Shown here in pieces: positions 30,236-40,390 of a stretch of DNA of 64,000 nt. How positions within the stretch are numbered: position 1 is the first letter of the stretch; each line of letters begins with the position of its first letter. Made by a program: the position numbers and the translations under genes. The notes beneath the pieces were generated by a model. The model did not search any database. It had not been told where the DNA came from and saw only the letters and a program-made list of their open reading frames with translations. Source of the DNA: an uncultured Chloroflexia bacterium (GTDB lineage: Bacteria > Chloroflexota > Limnocylindria > Limnocylindrales > CSP1-4); NCBI GenBank assembly GCA_963734535.1, contig CAVTHS010000011.1, positions 146,894 to 210,893 on the forward strand, in the 5' to 3' direction.

Positions 30236-30872
30236 GTGCGCGCCGTCCTCTTCGACTGGGATGGAACCCTCGTCGACACGCTCCCGTTCATGTACGCCGC
30301 GACCCAGCTCGTCATGGCGGAGTACGGGTCGCCCATCACCTGGGACGACTACCGGCGCCATTTCACGCCCGACTGGCGGCTTCTCTACCGCCGGTTCCTG
30401 CTGCCGGAGGACGCCATCGAATCGGTCGGCGACCGCTGGTGGGCGCTCTACCGCGGTCATGACGAGGCGGTCCTGCTCCCCGGGGCCGCCGATGCGCTCC
30501 GTCGCCTGGCCGGCGCCGGGCTCGCGCTCGGGATCGTCACCGCCGGCCGTCGCGACAGCGTGGAGCCCCAGCTCGAGCGCCACGGCCTGGCCGCGCTCCT
30601 GCCGGCTCGCGTCTACGGTGACGACCCGTTCGAGCCGAAGCCGGGTCCGGCCGGCCTCCACCACGCGCTCGAGACGCTCGGCATGGCCGGACACGCGGCG
30701 GAGGCTGTCTACGTGGGCGATGCGCTCGACGACATGCGGATGGCGGTCGCCGCCGGGGCGCGCGGCGTCGGGATCCGGACGGACCTCGCGACCGAGATCG
30801 AGCTTCGCGACGCGGGCGCCGGCGAGGTGTGGGGCTCTGTCGGCTGCCTGGGTCGACGGCCTGCTCGGCTGA
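30236..30872 (+). CDS. HAD-family hydrolase (frameshift near 3' end)
   Basis: LFDWDGTLVDT, GIVT, KP and YVGDALDD; GTG 7 nt after TACGAT. Confidence 0.88.
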
Positions 30873-30906
30873 TCGAACCCGCCCGAGCGCGAGGACGGAT
30901 CCCGCG

Positions 30907-32235
30907 TCACCGGGCGAGCGACCGCCGCAGCTTCGTCAGGGCCACGTAGACGACGAGGCTCGCGCCGAGCGACGGGAGGGTGCCGCCGAGCCACGGCGCG
31001 GTGTTGATCACGAGCAGGTAGCTGCCGATGCCCGCTGCCCAGGCGATGAGGGCCACCGGGTTGATCCCCATCGGCCATGCGGCCCCGGGGCTCGTCGGGT
31101 AGAGCTCCGCCGTCGGGTAGACGCGTCTGCGCAGGAGGAAGTAGTCGGCGAAGAGGACCCCGAACAGCGGCGTGAACAGCGAGCCGACGAGGAACAGGAA
31201 GTTCTGGTACTGGGTGAGGTCCACGGCCAGGGCGATCCCGAGGACGATCGCCCCGACGCCAACCACGAGCCAGCGCGTCGACCAGCCGGGTCGGACGTTT
31301 CGCACGGAGATCGCCGCCGAGTAGATGTCCGCGAATGCGTTGTCCGCCTCGTCGCCGAGGAGGAGCGCAAGGCCGGCAGCCCCGAACGCGATCGACAGGA
31401 TCGAGCCGATGAGGTCGTCGCCGGGCAGGACCAGGATGAGCAGCACGCCGAGCGCGTAGAAGCCGATGTTCGCGACGGCGAAGCCGGCAACCGTGCCCCA
31501 GAACGCGGAACGCGTGTCGCGCGCGAACCGGTTGTAGTCGGCGACGAGCGGCAGCCAGCTGATCGGCATGACCACGACGAGGTCGATGGCCTGCGCGAAC
31601 GTCAGGCTCCCGTCGCCGGGTCGGGCGACCGCGGCGCCGAGGTCGAAGTGGGTGACGACGTAGATCGTCATCCAGGCCGCGGTCGCGAGGACGATCCAGA
31701 TGCCGGCCTTCTCCAGCCACTGGCGAACGACGACGAGCGGCCCGCCCAGGCCCATGAGGATCACCACCGCGCTCCACGCGACGGCCCAGGCCGGGTAGGA
31801 ACCCGGGCCGACGATCGGCGCCGCGAGTCGGGCCGAGGCCTGGGCCATGATGATGACCTCGAACGCGCCGAACCCGACGAGCTGGATGACGTTGACGAGG
31901 CTGGGCAGGTAGCTTCCGCGGATCCCGAAGCTCGGCCGGAGACCGACCATCGAGGGGACCGCGAGGTCGGACCCGACGACGCCCGCGAGCCCGAGCAGGA
32001 GCACGCCGGCGAGTGTCCCCAGCGCGATCGCCGCCATCGCCGGCCAGAAGCCGAGCCCGGGCACCAGGAGCGTCCCGGCCAGCAGCACGAGGAGCCCGAC
32101 GCCGAAGTCGGCCCACAGGACGAAGTAGTCGAGGAAGCCCAGCACGCGATGGCGCGCGGGGACCGGCTCGATCCCGAGCTGGGCGGCGGCCAGGTCGTCC
32201 CGCGGGGCGTCGGGCAGCCGGGCCGGGGCAGTCAT
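30907..32235 (-). CDS. cytX: Putative hydroxymethylpyrimidine transporter (NCS1 family)
   Basis: About 12 TM helices; LRPSFGIRG, MPISWLPLVADY and DNAFADIYS; last gene of the thi operon. Confidence 0.85.
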   Translation of the reverse strand: MTAPARLPDAPRDDLAAAQLGIEPVPARHRVLGFLDYFVLWADFGVGLLVLLAGTLLVPGLGFWPAMAAIALGTLAGVLLLGLAGVVGSDLAVPSMVGLRPSFGIRGSYLPSLVNVIQLVGFGAFEVIIMAQASARLAAPIVGPGSYPAWAVAWSAVVILMGLGGPLVVVRQWLEKAGIWIVLATAAWMTIYVVTHFDLGAAVARPGDGSLTFAQAIDLVVVMPISWLPLVADYNRFARDTRSAFWGTVAGFAVANIGFYALGVLLILVLPGDDLIGSILSIAFGAAGLALLLGDEADNAFADIYSAAISVRNVRPGWSTRWLVVGVGAIVLGIALAVDLTQYQNFLFLVGSLFTPLFGVLFADYFLLRRRVYPTAELYPTSPGAAWPMGINPVALIAWAAGIGSYLLVINTAPWLGGTLPSLGASLVVYVALTKLRRSLAR

Positions 32236-33214
32236 CAGAACGCCACGTATCCCCGTTCGGCCGGCTCGATCGGCTGGCCGTCCTCCACGAGCCGGGCGTC
32301 GCCGGCAGGCACGCGATCGGTCACCTCGCCGAGGACCGTCGGCCCCCGTCGACGTCGAGGGCGTCGCGAGCTCGGCGCCGGAGCCGCGGGTCGACGGTGA
32401 ACAGCAGCTCGTAGTCCTCGCCGCCGCTGATCGCCAGCTCGCGGCTGCGGCGATCACCGAGCAGCTGGACTGCAGCAGGCGCGAGCGGCACCCGGTCGAC
32501 GTCGATCTCGATGCCGACCCCGCTGGCGCGGGCAAGGTGAAGGGCCTCGCTGGCGAGGCCGTCGCTGATGTCGATCGCGCACCGGACCCCACGGGACGCG
32601 AGCACCTGCCCGGCCGCGAGCCGCGCGTGCGGCCGATGGTGCGCGACGAGGAGCGGCCCTGCGGCGGGATCCGTCGGGCCGGCGCCTTCCGAGAGCAGCG
32701 CAAGCGCTGCCGCCGACGCGCCGAGGACGCCCGTGACGCCGACGAGATCGCCCGCCCGCGCGGCGTCGCGGCGAAGGAGCCGGTACGGATCCGCCTCGCC
32801 GAAGAGGGCGACGTTGATCACGAGCGGACCGGGCGAGCGGACCGTGTCGCCGCCGACGATCCACGTGCCCGTCAGCGCGGCGAGGGATTGCAGCCCTCGG
32901 GCGACCTCGAGACCAGCTCCCGCCGGGCCGGGTCGATGGCGATCGAGACCAGCGCGCGGCCGGGCGTCGCGCCCATCGCGGCGAGGTCGGAGAGGTTGGC
33001 CGCAAGGGCCTTCCAGCCGAGATCCACGCGGGCTCGGTCCAGTCCAGCCGGAAGTGGATGCCCTCGACGAGCATGTCGGTCGTCGCCACGGCGATGGTGC
33101 CGTGGCCGCCGGCCACGTGGCCGCGTCGTCGCCGATCCCGAGGCCCTCGGGCGGCGTCCCGAACAGCGCGGCGAGCTCGGCGATGAGCGCGAACTCGCCC
33201 CGACCTTCGGTCAC
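32235..33214 (-). CDS. thiL: Thiamine-monophosphate kinase (frameshifted)
   Basis: GEFALIA, GIGDDAA, TTDMLVEGIHF, GGDT, IDISDGLA and GGEDYELLF across frames. Confidence 0.9.
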
Positions 33215-33913
33215 CTCGGCGCCCCGGCTGCGTCGGGCCGCGCCCGCCGGGCGATCGCGACGACCTCGAGCAGGTGCCGCGCCGCGGATGCAGGATCAGC
33301 AGCGCCGGCGATCGCGCCGATCACCGCCACGCACGTCGGCGCCGGCCCGGACGGCCGCGGCGGCATTCTCCGGGGTGATCCCGCCGATCGCGACGATGGG
33401 CACGGCTCCACAGCCGCACGAGCCGCCGGCGAGGAGCTCGAGCCCCGTGTGCTGCGCATCCGCCTTCGAGTCGGTCGGGAAGACCGCGCCAACCCCGAGG
33501 TAGTCGGCGTCGCGCACGTCGGGCATCTCGAGCTGCGCGGGATCGGTGATCGAGAGTCCGATCAGGGCGTCAGGCCCGAGGATCGCGCGGGCGACTGCGA
33601 CCGGCACGTCATCCTGGCCGAGGTGGACCCCGTCCGCGTCGGCCGCCAGGGCAAGGTCGAGCCGATCGTTGACGAGGAGGAGCGCTCCGTGCTCGCGCGT
33701 GGCGCTGCGGAGCGCCAGCGCGATCTCCAGGCCGCGTCGCGCGGTCCCCAGCTTCTCGCGGACCTGCACGACCCCGATCCCGGCCGCGATGGCCGCCGCC
33801 GCGATCTCCACCGACGTGCGCCCGCCGCTGAGCGCCTCCTCGGTCACGAGGTAGACGCCGGCGGCGCGGAGCCGTTCCCGGCGCTGCACGCGACGATCGC
33901 CGAGCCCGGTCAC
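33211..33913 (-). CDS. thiE: Thiamine-phosphate synthase (frameshifted at 3' end)
   Basis: VQVREK, LVNDRLDLA, DGVHLGQDD, GAVFPTDSK and AIGGI. Confidence 0.92.
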
Positions 33914-34734
33914 GCCGGCATCATCGGTGTGATCATTGCCCGAGTCCGGGCGCGGATCACGTCGCCGTCAAGGCCGTAGACCGCGTCCATGAGGTGCTGG
34001 CGAAACGTGCCGGGACCGGCGCTTCGCTCCGCCGCGATCTCACCGGCGATCCCGAACGCGATCATCGCGGCCGTGGCGGCCAGGAACGCGTCGGGCTGGA
34101 CGGCCCGGAAGGCGCCCACGAGGGCGGTCGCCATGCAGCCCGACCCCGTGATCGCCCCCATCAGCGGGTGGCCGTTTTCCACCCTGGCGGCGCGCGTCGC
34201 GTCGGCGACGTGATCGATCGCGCCGCTGGCAACCGCGGCGCTGCCCGTCCGCCGGGCGACGATCCGGGCGGCCACATCCGGCGCGTCCGCGGAGATGGAG
34301 TCGACGCCCTGGATCTCCGCGGCAAGCCCGGCGATGGCCGACAGCTCGGCGGCATTGCCGCGAACCACGTCGACGTGGACCGCGGCGAGGATCGCCTCCA
34401 CGGCATCGGTCCGCAGCGTGGTCGCGCCGACCCCCACCGGGTCCAGCACCACCGGCACGCCGCGCTCGTTCGCCTCGCTGCCGGCGGCGAGCATCGCCTC
34501 GATCCAGGCCGGCTCCAGCGTCCCGATATTGAGCACGAGGGCACCCGCGTGGCGGACCATCTCGCGGACCTCGCCGATCGCGTGGGCCATGACCGGCGAG
34601 GCACCGATGTGGAGGGTGACATTGGCCGTGTCGTTCATGACCACGTAGTTGGTGATCTGGTGGATCAGCGGGTGGCGGTCCCGGATCTCGGCAAGGGCAT
34701 CGGCCGTGACGGCCCCGAGGTCGAGCTCACGCAT
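33910..34734 (-). CDS. thiM: Hydroxyethylthiazole kinase
   Basis: PLIHQITNYV, GASPVMA, NIGTL, LDPVG, RGNAAE and ITGSGC. Confidence 0.95.
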   Translation of the reverse strand: MRELDLGAVTADALAEIRDRHPLIHQITNYVVMNDTANVTLHIGASPVMAHAIGEVREMVRHAGALVLNIGTLEPAWIEAMLAAGSEANERGVPVVLDPVGVGATTLRTDAVEAILAAVHVDVVRGNAAELSAIAGLAAEIQGVDSISADAPDVAARIVARRTGSAAVASGAIDHVADATRAARVENGHPLMGAITGSGCMATALVGAFRAVQPDAFLAATAAMIAFGIAGEIAAERSAGPGTFRQHLMDAVYGLDGDVIRARTRAMITPMMPA

Positions 34735-35560
34735 CGCGGTATCTCCACAGGTGATTCACGGGGCCGCGGCCCGCCCCGAGCGGCTCGGCGTGCTCGATCG
34801 CGCCCTGCAGGAAGACCTTTGCGGCCCGGGCCGCGTCGAGCGGCGTCGCTCCGCGGGCAAGGCCGGCCGCGATCGCCGCCGAGAACGTGCAGCCGGTCCC
34901 GTGCGTGTGGGGCGTGTCGATGCGCGGACTCGAGAGCACCTCGAACGTGGTCCCGTCGAACGCGATGTCCTCGGAGCGTTCGCCGCCGAGGTGGCCGCCC
35001 TTGACGATGACCAGGCGCGATCCGAGCGCGTGGATCCGGCGGGCGGCCTCGCGCGCCGTCCGCGCGTCCACGACGTCGAGGCCGGCGAGCACGGAGGCCT
35101 CCGGGGCGTTCGGCGTGACCACTGCGGCGATCGGAAGGAGCATGTCACGCAGCGCCGCGATCGCGTCCTCGCGCAGGAGCCGGTCGCCGCCCTTCGCGAT
35201 CATCACCGGATCGACGACGAGCCGCGTTATGCCGTGGGCGCCAAGGCAGCCGGCCACCGCCTCGACGATCGCCGCGCTGAAGAGCATCCCGGTCTTGACC
35301 GCGTCTGCGCCGATGTCGGAGAGCACGGCGTCGATCTGGGCCGCCACGACGTCCGCCGGGACCTCGTGGATCATCCGAACGCCTGTCGTGTTCTGGGCGG
35401 TGATCGCGGTGACCGCCGAGGCGCCATACACCCCGAGCGCTGCGAACGTCTTGAGATCGGCCTGGATCCCGGCTCCCCCGCCCGAATCGGACCCGGCGAT
35501 CGTGAGCGCGCGCGGCCGCGGACGGCCGATCACACTGATCGCCTCATTGGTGGACGCCAC
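34727..35560 (-). CDS. thiD: Hydroxymethylpyrimidine/phosphomethylpyrimidine kinase
   Basis: [35 protein letters not shown] and HTHGTGCT. Confidence 0.95.
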   Translation of the reverse strand: MASTNEAISVIGRPRPRALTIAGSDSGGGAGIQADLKTFAALGVYGASAVTAITAQNTTGVRMIHEVPADVVAAQIDAVLSDIGADAVKTGMLFSAAIVEAVAGCLGAHGITRLVVDPVMIAKGGDRLLREDAIAALRDMLLPIAAVVTPNAPEASVLAGLDVVDARTAREAARRIHALGSRLVIVKGGHLGGERSEDIAFDGTTFEVLSSPRIDTPHTHGTGCTFSAAIAAGLARGATPLDAARAAKVFLQGAIEHAEPLGAGRGPVNHLWRYRDA

Positions 35561-35586
35561 GGGATCCTGCGCCTCCTGACAATCGA

Positions 35587-35617
35587 GATGCCGTCCGTCG
35601 AGGAACGGGACGGCATC
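35587..35617 (-). terminator. Hairpin downstream of the TPP aptamer (likely expression platform)
   Basis: GATGCCGTCC...GGACGGCATC 10-bp inverted repeat between the aptamer and the thiD SD; U-tract is weak. Confidence 0.5.
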
Positions 35618-35632
35618 GAGTCAGGTGAGGCC

Positions 35633-35720
35633 TGCTTCCTTCGCTGGTACGAGCCAGATCAGGTTCGGCGGGTCTGTGGCTGGTGCCACACTCTCAGCGC
35701 TGTGCGCTCCCCGGAGGCGA
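35633..35720 (-). promoter_or_regulatory. TPP riboswitch
   Basis: Minus strand reads GGGGAGC..GCTGAGA..GACCC..GAACCTGATCTGG..TACCAGCGAAGGAAG; upstream of thiD; TATACT -10 box at 35738-35743. Confidence 0.95.
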
Positions 35721-35847
35721 TCTTCAGTTCGGTCGGCAGTATACGGGATGGCCGGATCGCGGCGGCGGGTGGCCCAGGGCGTGCAGAACGGCGCGAGGGC
35801 GTTCGCGACGCGTCGGGGCTATCCTCCGGTGAGTGTCATCCTCCTCT

Positions 35848-36006
35848 GCGTCTCACGGTCTGGCTCGTATGCTCCCTGCCCACCCAGTGGGTGTGGCTTC
35901 CATGCGTTTTGCCGGCCGTGAGACTCGGTGGACCGGCCGGCGTGACTTGATAGGAGCGTGGCTTCGCCCCGACTCAGGTGTGTCCGCCGACCGGCCCGGT
36001 GTCACC
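35848..36006 (+). ncRNA. Putative IS110 bridge RNA (target-binding and donor-binding hairpins)
   Basis: Hairpin 1 (35850-35924) has internal-loop strands TATGCTCC and CATGCGTT matching the flanks; hairpin 2 (35930-35997) shows ATAGGAGCG matching the IS end. Confidence 0.75.
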
Positions 36007-36029
36007 TCGGATGAGGAGGAGACGCAGAC

Positions 36030-37076
36030 ATGGTCGTCCTGGGCGCGGATCTGCACAAGCGGAGTCACACCGTCGTCGTGATCGATGCAACGGGTCGCCA
36101 GCTGGCCGAGAAGACGATCGCCGCGACGGACGCGGGCCACCTCGAGCTCCGCCGCTGGGCGGCGCGATGGCCCGAGCGGCGTGGGCCTCGAGGACTGCCG
36201 CCACCTGTCGCGCCGGCTCGATGCCGAACTCGTCCGGGCCGGTGAGTCGGTCGTCCGGGTCTCGCCCAAGCTGATGGCCGGCGCCCGCCGCTCCGGACGA
36301 GAGCCCGGCAAGAGCGATCCGATCGACGCCCTCGCGGTCGCCCGCGCCGTCCTGCGCGAGCCCAACCTGCCCGTCGCCTCGCTCGACGGCCCCGACCGCG
36401 AGGTGCGTCTCCTCGTCGACCATCGCGAGGATCTCGTCGGCGAGCGGACCCGCCACGAGCAGCGCCTGCGCTGGTTCCTCGTCGAGCTGGCCGTCGCCGA
36501 GCCCGCGCCCCGCTCACTCGGTCGGGCGGTCGTCCAGGCCGCGCTCACGGCGGCGCTCGCCGGTCGCACCGAGCCGGTGGCCCGCTTCGCCCGTGATCTG
36601 CTCGCCCGGATCGTCGAGCTGAGCGCCGCCATCCGCACCCTCGAGCACGAGATCGAGAGCCTGGTCCGAGTCGCGGCGCCGAGACTCCTGGCCTTGCCCG
36701 GCTGCGGCGCCCTGACAGCGGCCAAGATCATCGGCGAGACGGCCGGGATCAGCCGCTTCCGGTCCAAGGAGGCCTTCGCCCGGCACAACGGCACCGCGCC
36801 CAGTCCCGGTCTGGTCGGGCAACGTCGTCCGCCACCGCCTCAACCGGCGGCGGCAACCGCCAGCTCAACGTCGCCCTCCACCGGATCGCCATCACCCAGA
36901 TCCGGCTCGCCGGTCCGGGCAAGGCGTATCTCGAACATCGACACGCCTCGGGTGACACCCGGACCGAAGCCATCCGCGCCCTTCGCCGACGGCTCAGCGA
37001 CGAGGTCTTCCGCCGCCTGCGAGCCGATGAGGCTCTCCGGGCGACCGAGCGGGCCCCGCTCGCGACAGCCGCTTGA
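36030..37076 (+). CDS. IS110 family transposase/recombinase (frameshifts near 36183 and 36803)
   Basis: GADLHKRSH, LEDC, GKSDPIDA, LPGCG..AAKIIGE, HNGTAP..WSG, GGNRQLN and LRRRLSDEVFR. Confidence 0.92.
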
Positions 37077-37090
37077 CATAGGAGCAACGC

Positions 37091-37579
37091 ATGTCGCAGA
37101 TGCCAGCCGCCGGCGATCCGGCTCCCGCGATCGCCCTCCCCGACGAATCGGGCACGCTCCATCGCCTCGCCGACCGAGCCGGCGCCTGGACGGTTGTCTA
37201 CTTCTACCCGGAGGACGACACGCCGGGCTGCACGACCGAGGCCTGCGAGTTCCGCGACAGCTTCGCGAGCCTGCGCGCCGACGGCGCCGAGGTCTGGGGG
37301 ATCAGCCCCGACGATGCCGGCAGCCACGCGAAGTTCCGGGCCAAGTTCGAGCTTCCGTTCACGCTCCTCTCCGACGAGGGCGCGGCGGTGACCAGCGCGT
37401 ACGGCGCGTGGGCCGAGCGGACGAAGGACGGCCGGACGACGATGCGGACCATCAGGTCGACGTTCCTCGTCGGCCCCGACGGACGGATCGCGCACGCCTG
37501 GCCGGCCGTCAAGCCGGAGGGCCACGCCGCCGACGTCCGCGCGGTCCTGGCGGCCGCGAAGGCACGGGCGGGACGCTGA
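37091..37579 (+). CDS. bcp: Thioredoxin-dependent peroxiredoxin (BCP/PrxQ)
   Basis: YFYPEDDTPGCTTEACEFRD, GISPD, LLSD and RSTFL. Confidence 0.95.
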   Translation: MSQMPAAGDPAPAIALPDESGTLHRLADRAGAWTVVYFYPEDDTPGCTTEACEFRDSFASLRADGAEVWGISPDDAGSHAKFRAKFELPFTLLSDEGAAVTSAYGAWAERTKDGRTTMRTIRSTFLVGPDGRIAHAWPAVKPEGHAADVRAVLAAAKARAGR

Positions 37580-37662
37580 TCCCCGGTGAAGAAGACTCCA
37601 GCGTGCCCGCGGGCGACGACGTGCCGTCGCCGCGTCCCGTCCGCGGCCGCCTGCGCCGGGCG

Positions 37663-38455
37663 ATGACGCCCGAGCAGCCGGCCGAAGGGGCCGTCGTCGC
37701 GCCGCACGTCTGGCGAGCCGCCCGGTTCATGGTGATCGTGGCGCACCCGGACGATGCGGACTTCGGCCCGGCCGCGACGGCGTCCCGCTGGATCGACGCC
37801 GGCTCCGTGGGCCGGCTCGTCTGCTGCACGAGCGGCGACCAGGGCGGCGAGGATACCGAGATCGACCCGCTCGAGCTCGCGGCCACGCGCGAGGCGGAGC
37901 AGCGCCTGGCGGCTGCCGTCGTCGGCTATGACGAGGTTCGCTTCCTCCACCAGCCCGACGGGGCCCTCGCCAACAAGCTGCCGCTTCGCGAGCTGCTGGT
38001 GCGCGAGATCCGCGACTTCCGGCCGGACGCGGTGTTCACGCACGATCCGGAGGTCCTGTTCTACCAGGGGAGCGGTGTCAACCACACGGACCACCGAGCG
38101 GCCGGGATCGCGGCCGTCGACGCGGTCTACCCGGCCGCCCGCAACCCGATGGCGTTCCCGAGCCTGGCCCGGGCCGGGTTCGCGCCCCACAAGGTCCGCC
38201 GGCTCTACCTGTTCTGGCCGGGCGCGCGCCACGGCGTGGGTCGACGTCGGCGCGGCGATCGAGCGCAAGATCGACGCGCTGCGCTGCCACGCAAGCCAGC
38301 TCAGCGTCGACGCCGCGTTCGACCAGCGGATGCGAGACTGGGCTGCCGAGGAGGGCGGCGCGATCGGCGTCGCGTCGGCGGAGGCGTTCCGCCTGGTCGT
38401 CATCGACGACGACGAGGAGCCCGCCGAGCCCATTGGACCGGAGCCCGCCGAGTAA
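37663..38455 (+). CDS. PIG-L family deacetylase (frameshift near 38222)
   Basis: AHPDDADFG, TSGDQG, REAEQ, NHTDH and ALRCHASQ. Confidence 0.88.
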
Positions 38456-38506
38456 CCCGCCGACCCGGCCGAAGAGCCCGACGACCGGGCACTGCGTCGC
38501 CGCGCT

Positions 38507-39953
38507 TCAGGGCACCTCGAGGAGAAGCGGTCGCACGCGACCCCACGCGTTCCAGAGCTCGGCGAGCGGCTCTGCCCGACGCCCCAGCAGATCCACCATC
38601 TCGCCCATCGTCAGCCCACCGGCGGACTCCGCGAGGTGGCGTCCCGCTTCGACGCGCACGTCGCGGAACAGCTCCGGCATCTGCGCCTCGCTCGGCCAGC
38701 GACGGATCCGCATCGGGTCCTCGCCCGCGTAGCCGAGCGCGAGCGAGAGGTCGCGCTGGCTGGGCGTCCGTCCGTCGGCGATGCCGCCCATGCCGTCGAA
38801 GCGATAGCCGAGCGCGGCCATGGCCGAGGCGATCTCGCGGCACTGGGTCTGCGTGTAGGGTCCCCAGAAGACGTGGTCGGTCGGGAACGTCAGCGCCGAC
38901 GCGTCGATCGCTCGCGCCACGACCGCGTCGACGAGATCGGAGAGGAGGAGCTGCCATCGGCGCTGCTCGTCCGGGTCGCTGCCCCCGAGGCGTTCCACGA
39001 TCGAACGCATGGTCGCGCGGTCGCCCCGGAGGAGTCGCAGGATCGCGATGTCCTCTCCGGGGGCCGCGGGCAGGCCCGCCATCCCGGCGTCCTCCGAGGC
39101 CAGCCGGCGCGGGGCCGCAGGAGTGACCGGCGCGGGTGGGGCAGACCCGAGGCGCTCCGCCTCCTCGCACTTGCGAGCGCCGTGAGCGCGGCCCGGCTTT
39201 CGTCGGCCGCGTGCTCGCTTCCGATCCGGGCGACGTCCGCGTCGAGGCCCGCCTTCTCGACGGCGCGGAGCAGTTCCGCCTCCACGCTGGCTTCGCGCGA
39301 CATCACGAGCGCCGCCTCGCGGGTCCGTGCGTTGATCCGGTTGATCTCGCGGAGCCAGGCAGCGGCGGCCGCCTCGACGGCCGCCCGGTCCTGTGCTGCG
39401 AGCCGGCTCCGGCGGAACTGCGCCTGGGCCTCGTCCTTCGCGGCGCGAATCGTCCGCGGATCGACCGTCGACGCCGCGCGCTCGCGGCGTCCCGCGTGCT
39501 CGTCGTAGGCGCGTCGCGCCTCGCGCAGTCGCGCGAGCGCTGCCTCGGCGACGGCGCCATCCGGTCCGCGTGCGCGTTCGCCTCGTCGACGGCCGCGCGC
39601 TGCGCCGCGCACGGGTCCACTGCCTCGGCCTGGGCCGCGCCGGGCCCACGCCCGAGGGCCGCCGCACGCATCGGATCCCGGGCCGCCCGCGCCTCCACCC
39701 CCGACCGCCCCGAACGGACGTTCTCGCTCGCGGCCCGTGAGGCCACGACATCGTCCTGCCCTCGCGCCATCTCGAAGGCCAGGAGCGGCGTTGCCAGCGT
39801 CGCGGCGCGACCCCCGGAGGGGCCCGTGGAGATCGTCAGGCGAACCTCGCGCCTGGCCGCCGGGCGTGCCCGGATGATCTCGATGAGGGCGCCACCGGCG
39901 AGCACGCCGAGTGCGAGGCCACCGGCCAGGAAGACGAACTCGCTGGGACTCAC
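38507..39953 (-). CDS. Hypothetical protein: N-terminal TM helix, coiled-coil, globular C-terminal domain (frameshifted)
   Basis: Three protein-like segments in successive frames (SPSEFVFLAGG.., LREARRAYDEH.., FWGPY..LGYRFDG..WNAWGRVRPLL). Confidence 0.6.
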
Positions 39954-40390
39954 GGGACGTTCCTCGGACTGATCCTTGTGGTCGGCGTGACGATCGACGA
40001 GGGACGCGTCTGCGGGTCGAGGGTAGCTGCGCCACGTCGGCGCGTCAATCCGAGCAGGCGCCCGTGCCGAGCCGGCCGAGGCGCCTGCCAGCCTGGAGGA
40101 GGCGAACACCGCAGACCGGGCGCGCCGGCGAGGCGCGGCACGACGCGCAACGGCGCGTCGCGGCCGACGGGAGGGGGCGAAGCACCCGCAGGACCGGGCA
40201 CGCCCGGCGCAGTCGCATGGCCGTCGGAGCGTGGGCCGCCGCACTGCCACGTGGTCCGTGCGTGCGCTCGGGCCCGTCGTCGTGTAGATTCCGGCCCGTC
40301 GATCCCCCCGGCGTCGGCCGGCGCGCACGCCGCGCCGCTTCCGCGCACTCGAGCTCCGGCAGCCGCAGGTACGAACGAGGCGACCGCATC

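Larger units (their letters stand above)
35828..37085 (+). mobile_element. IS110-family insertion sequence (ends uncertain by about 2 nt)
   Basis: DEDD transposase, no terminal inverted repeats, about 200-nt structured left end, TTGACA at the right end; ends inferred from guide-loop matches to both junctions. Confidence 0.88.
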
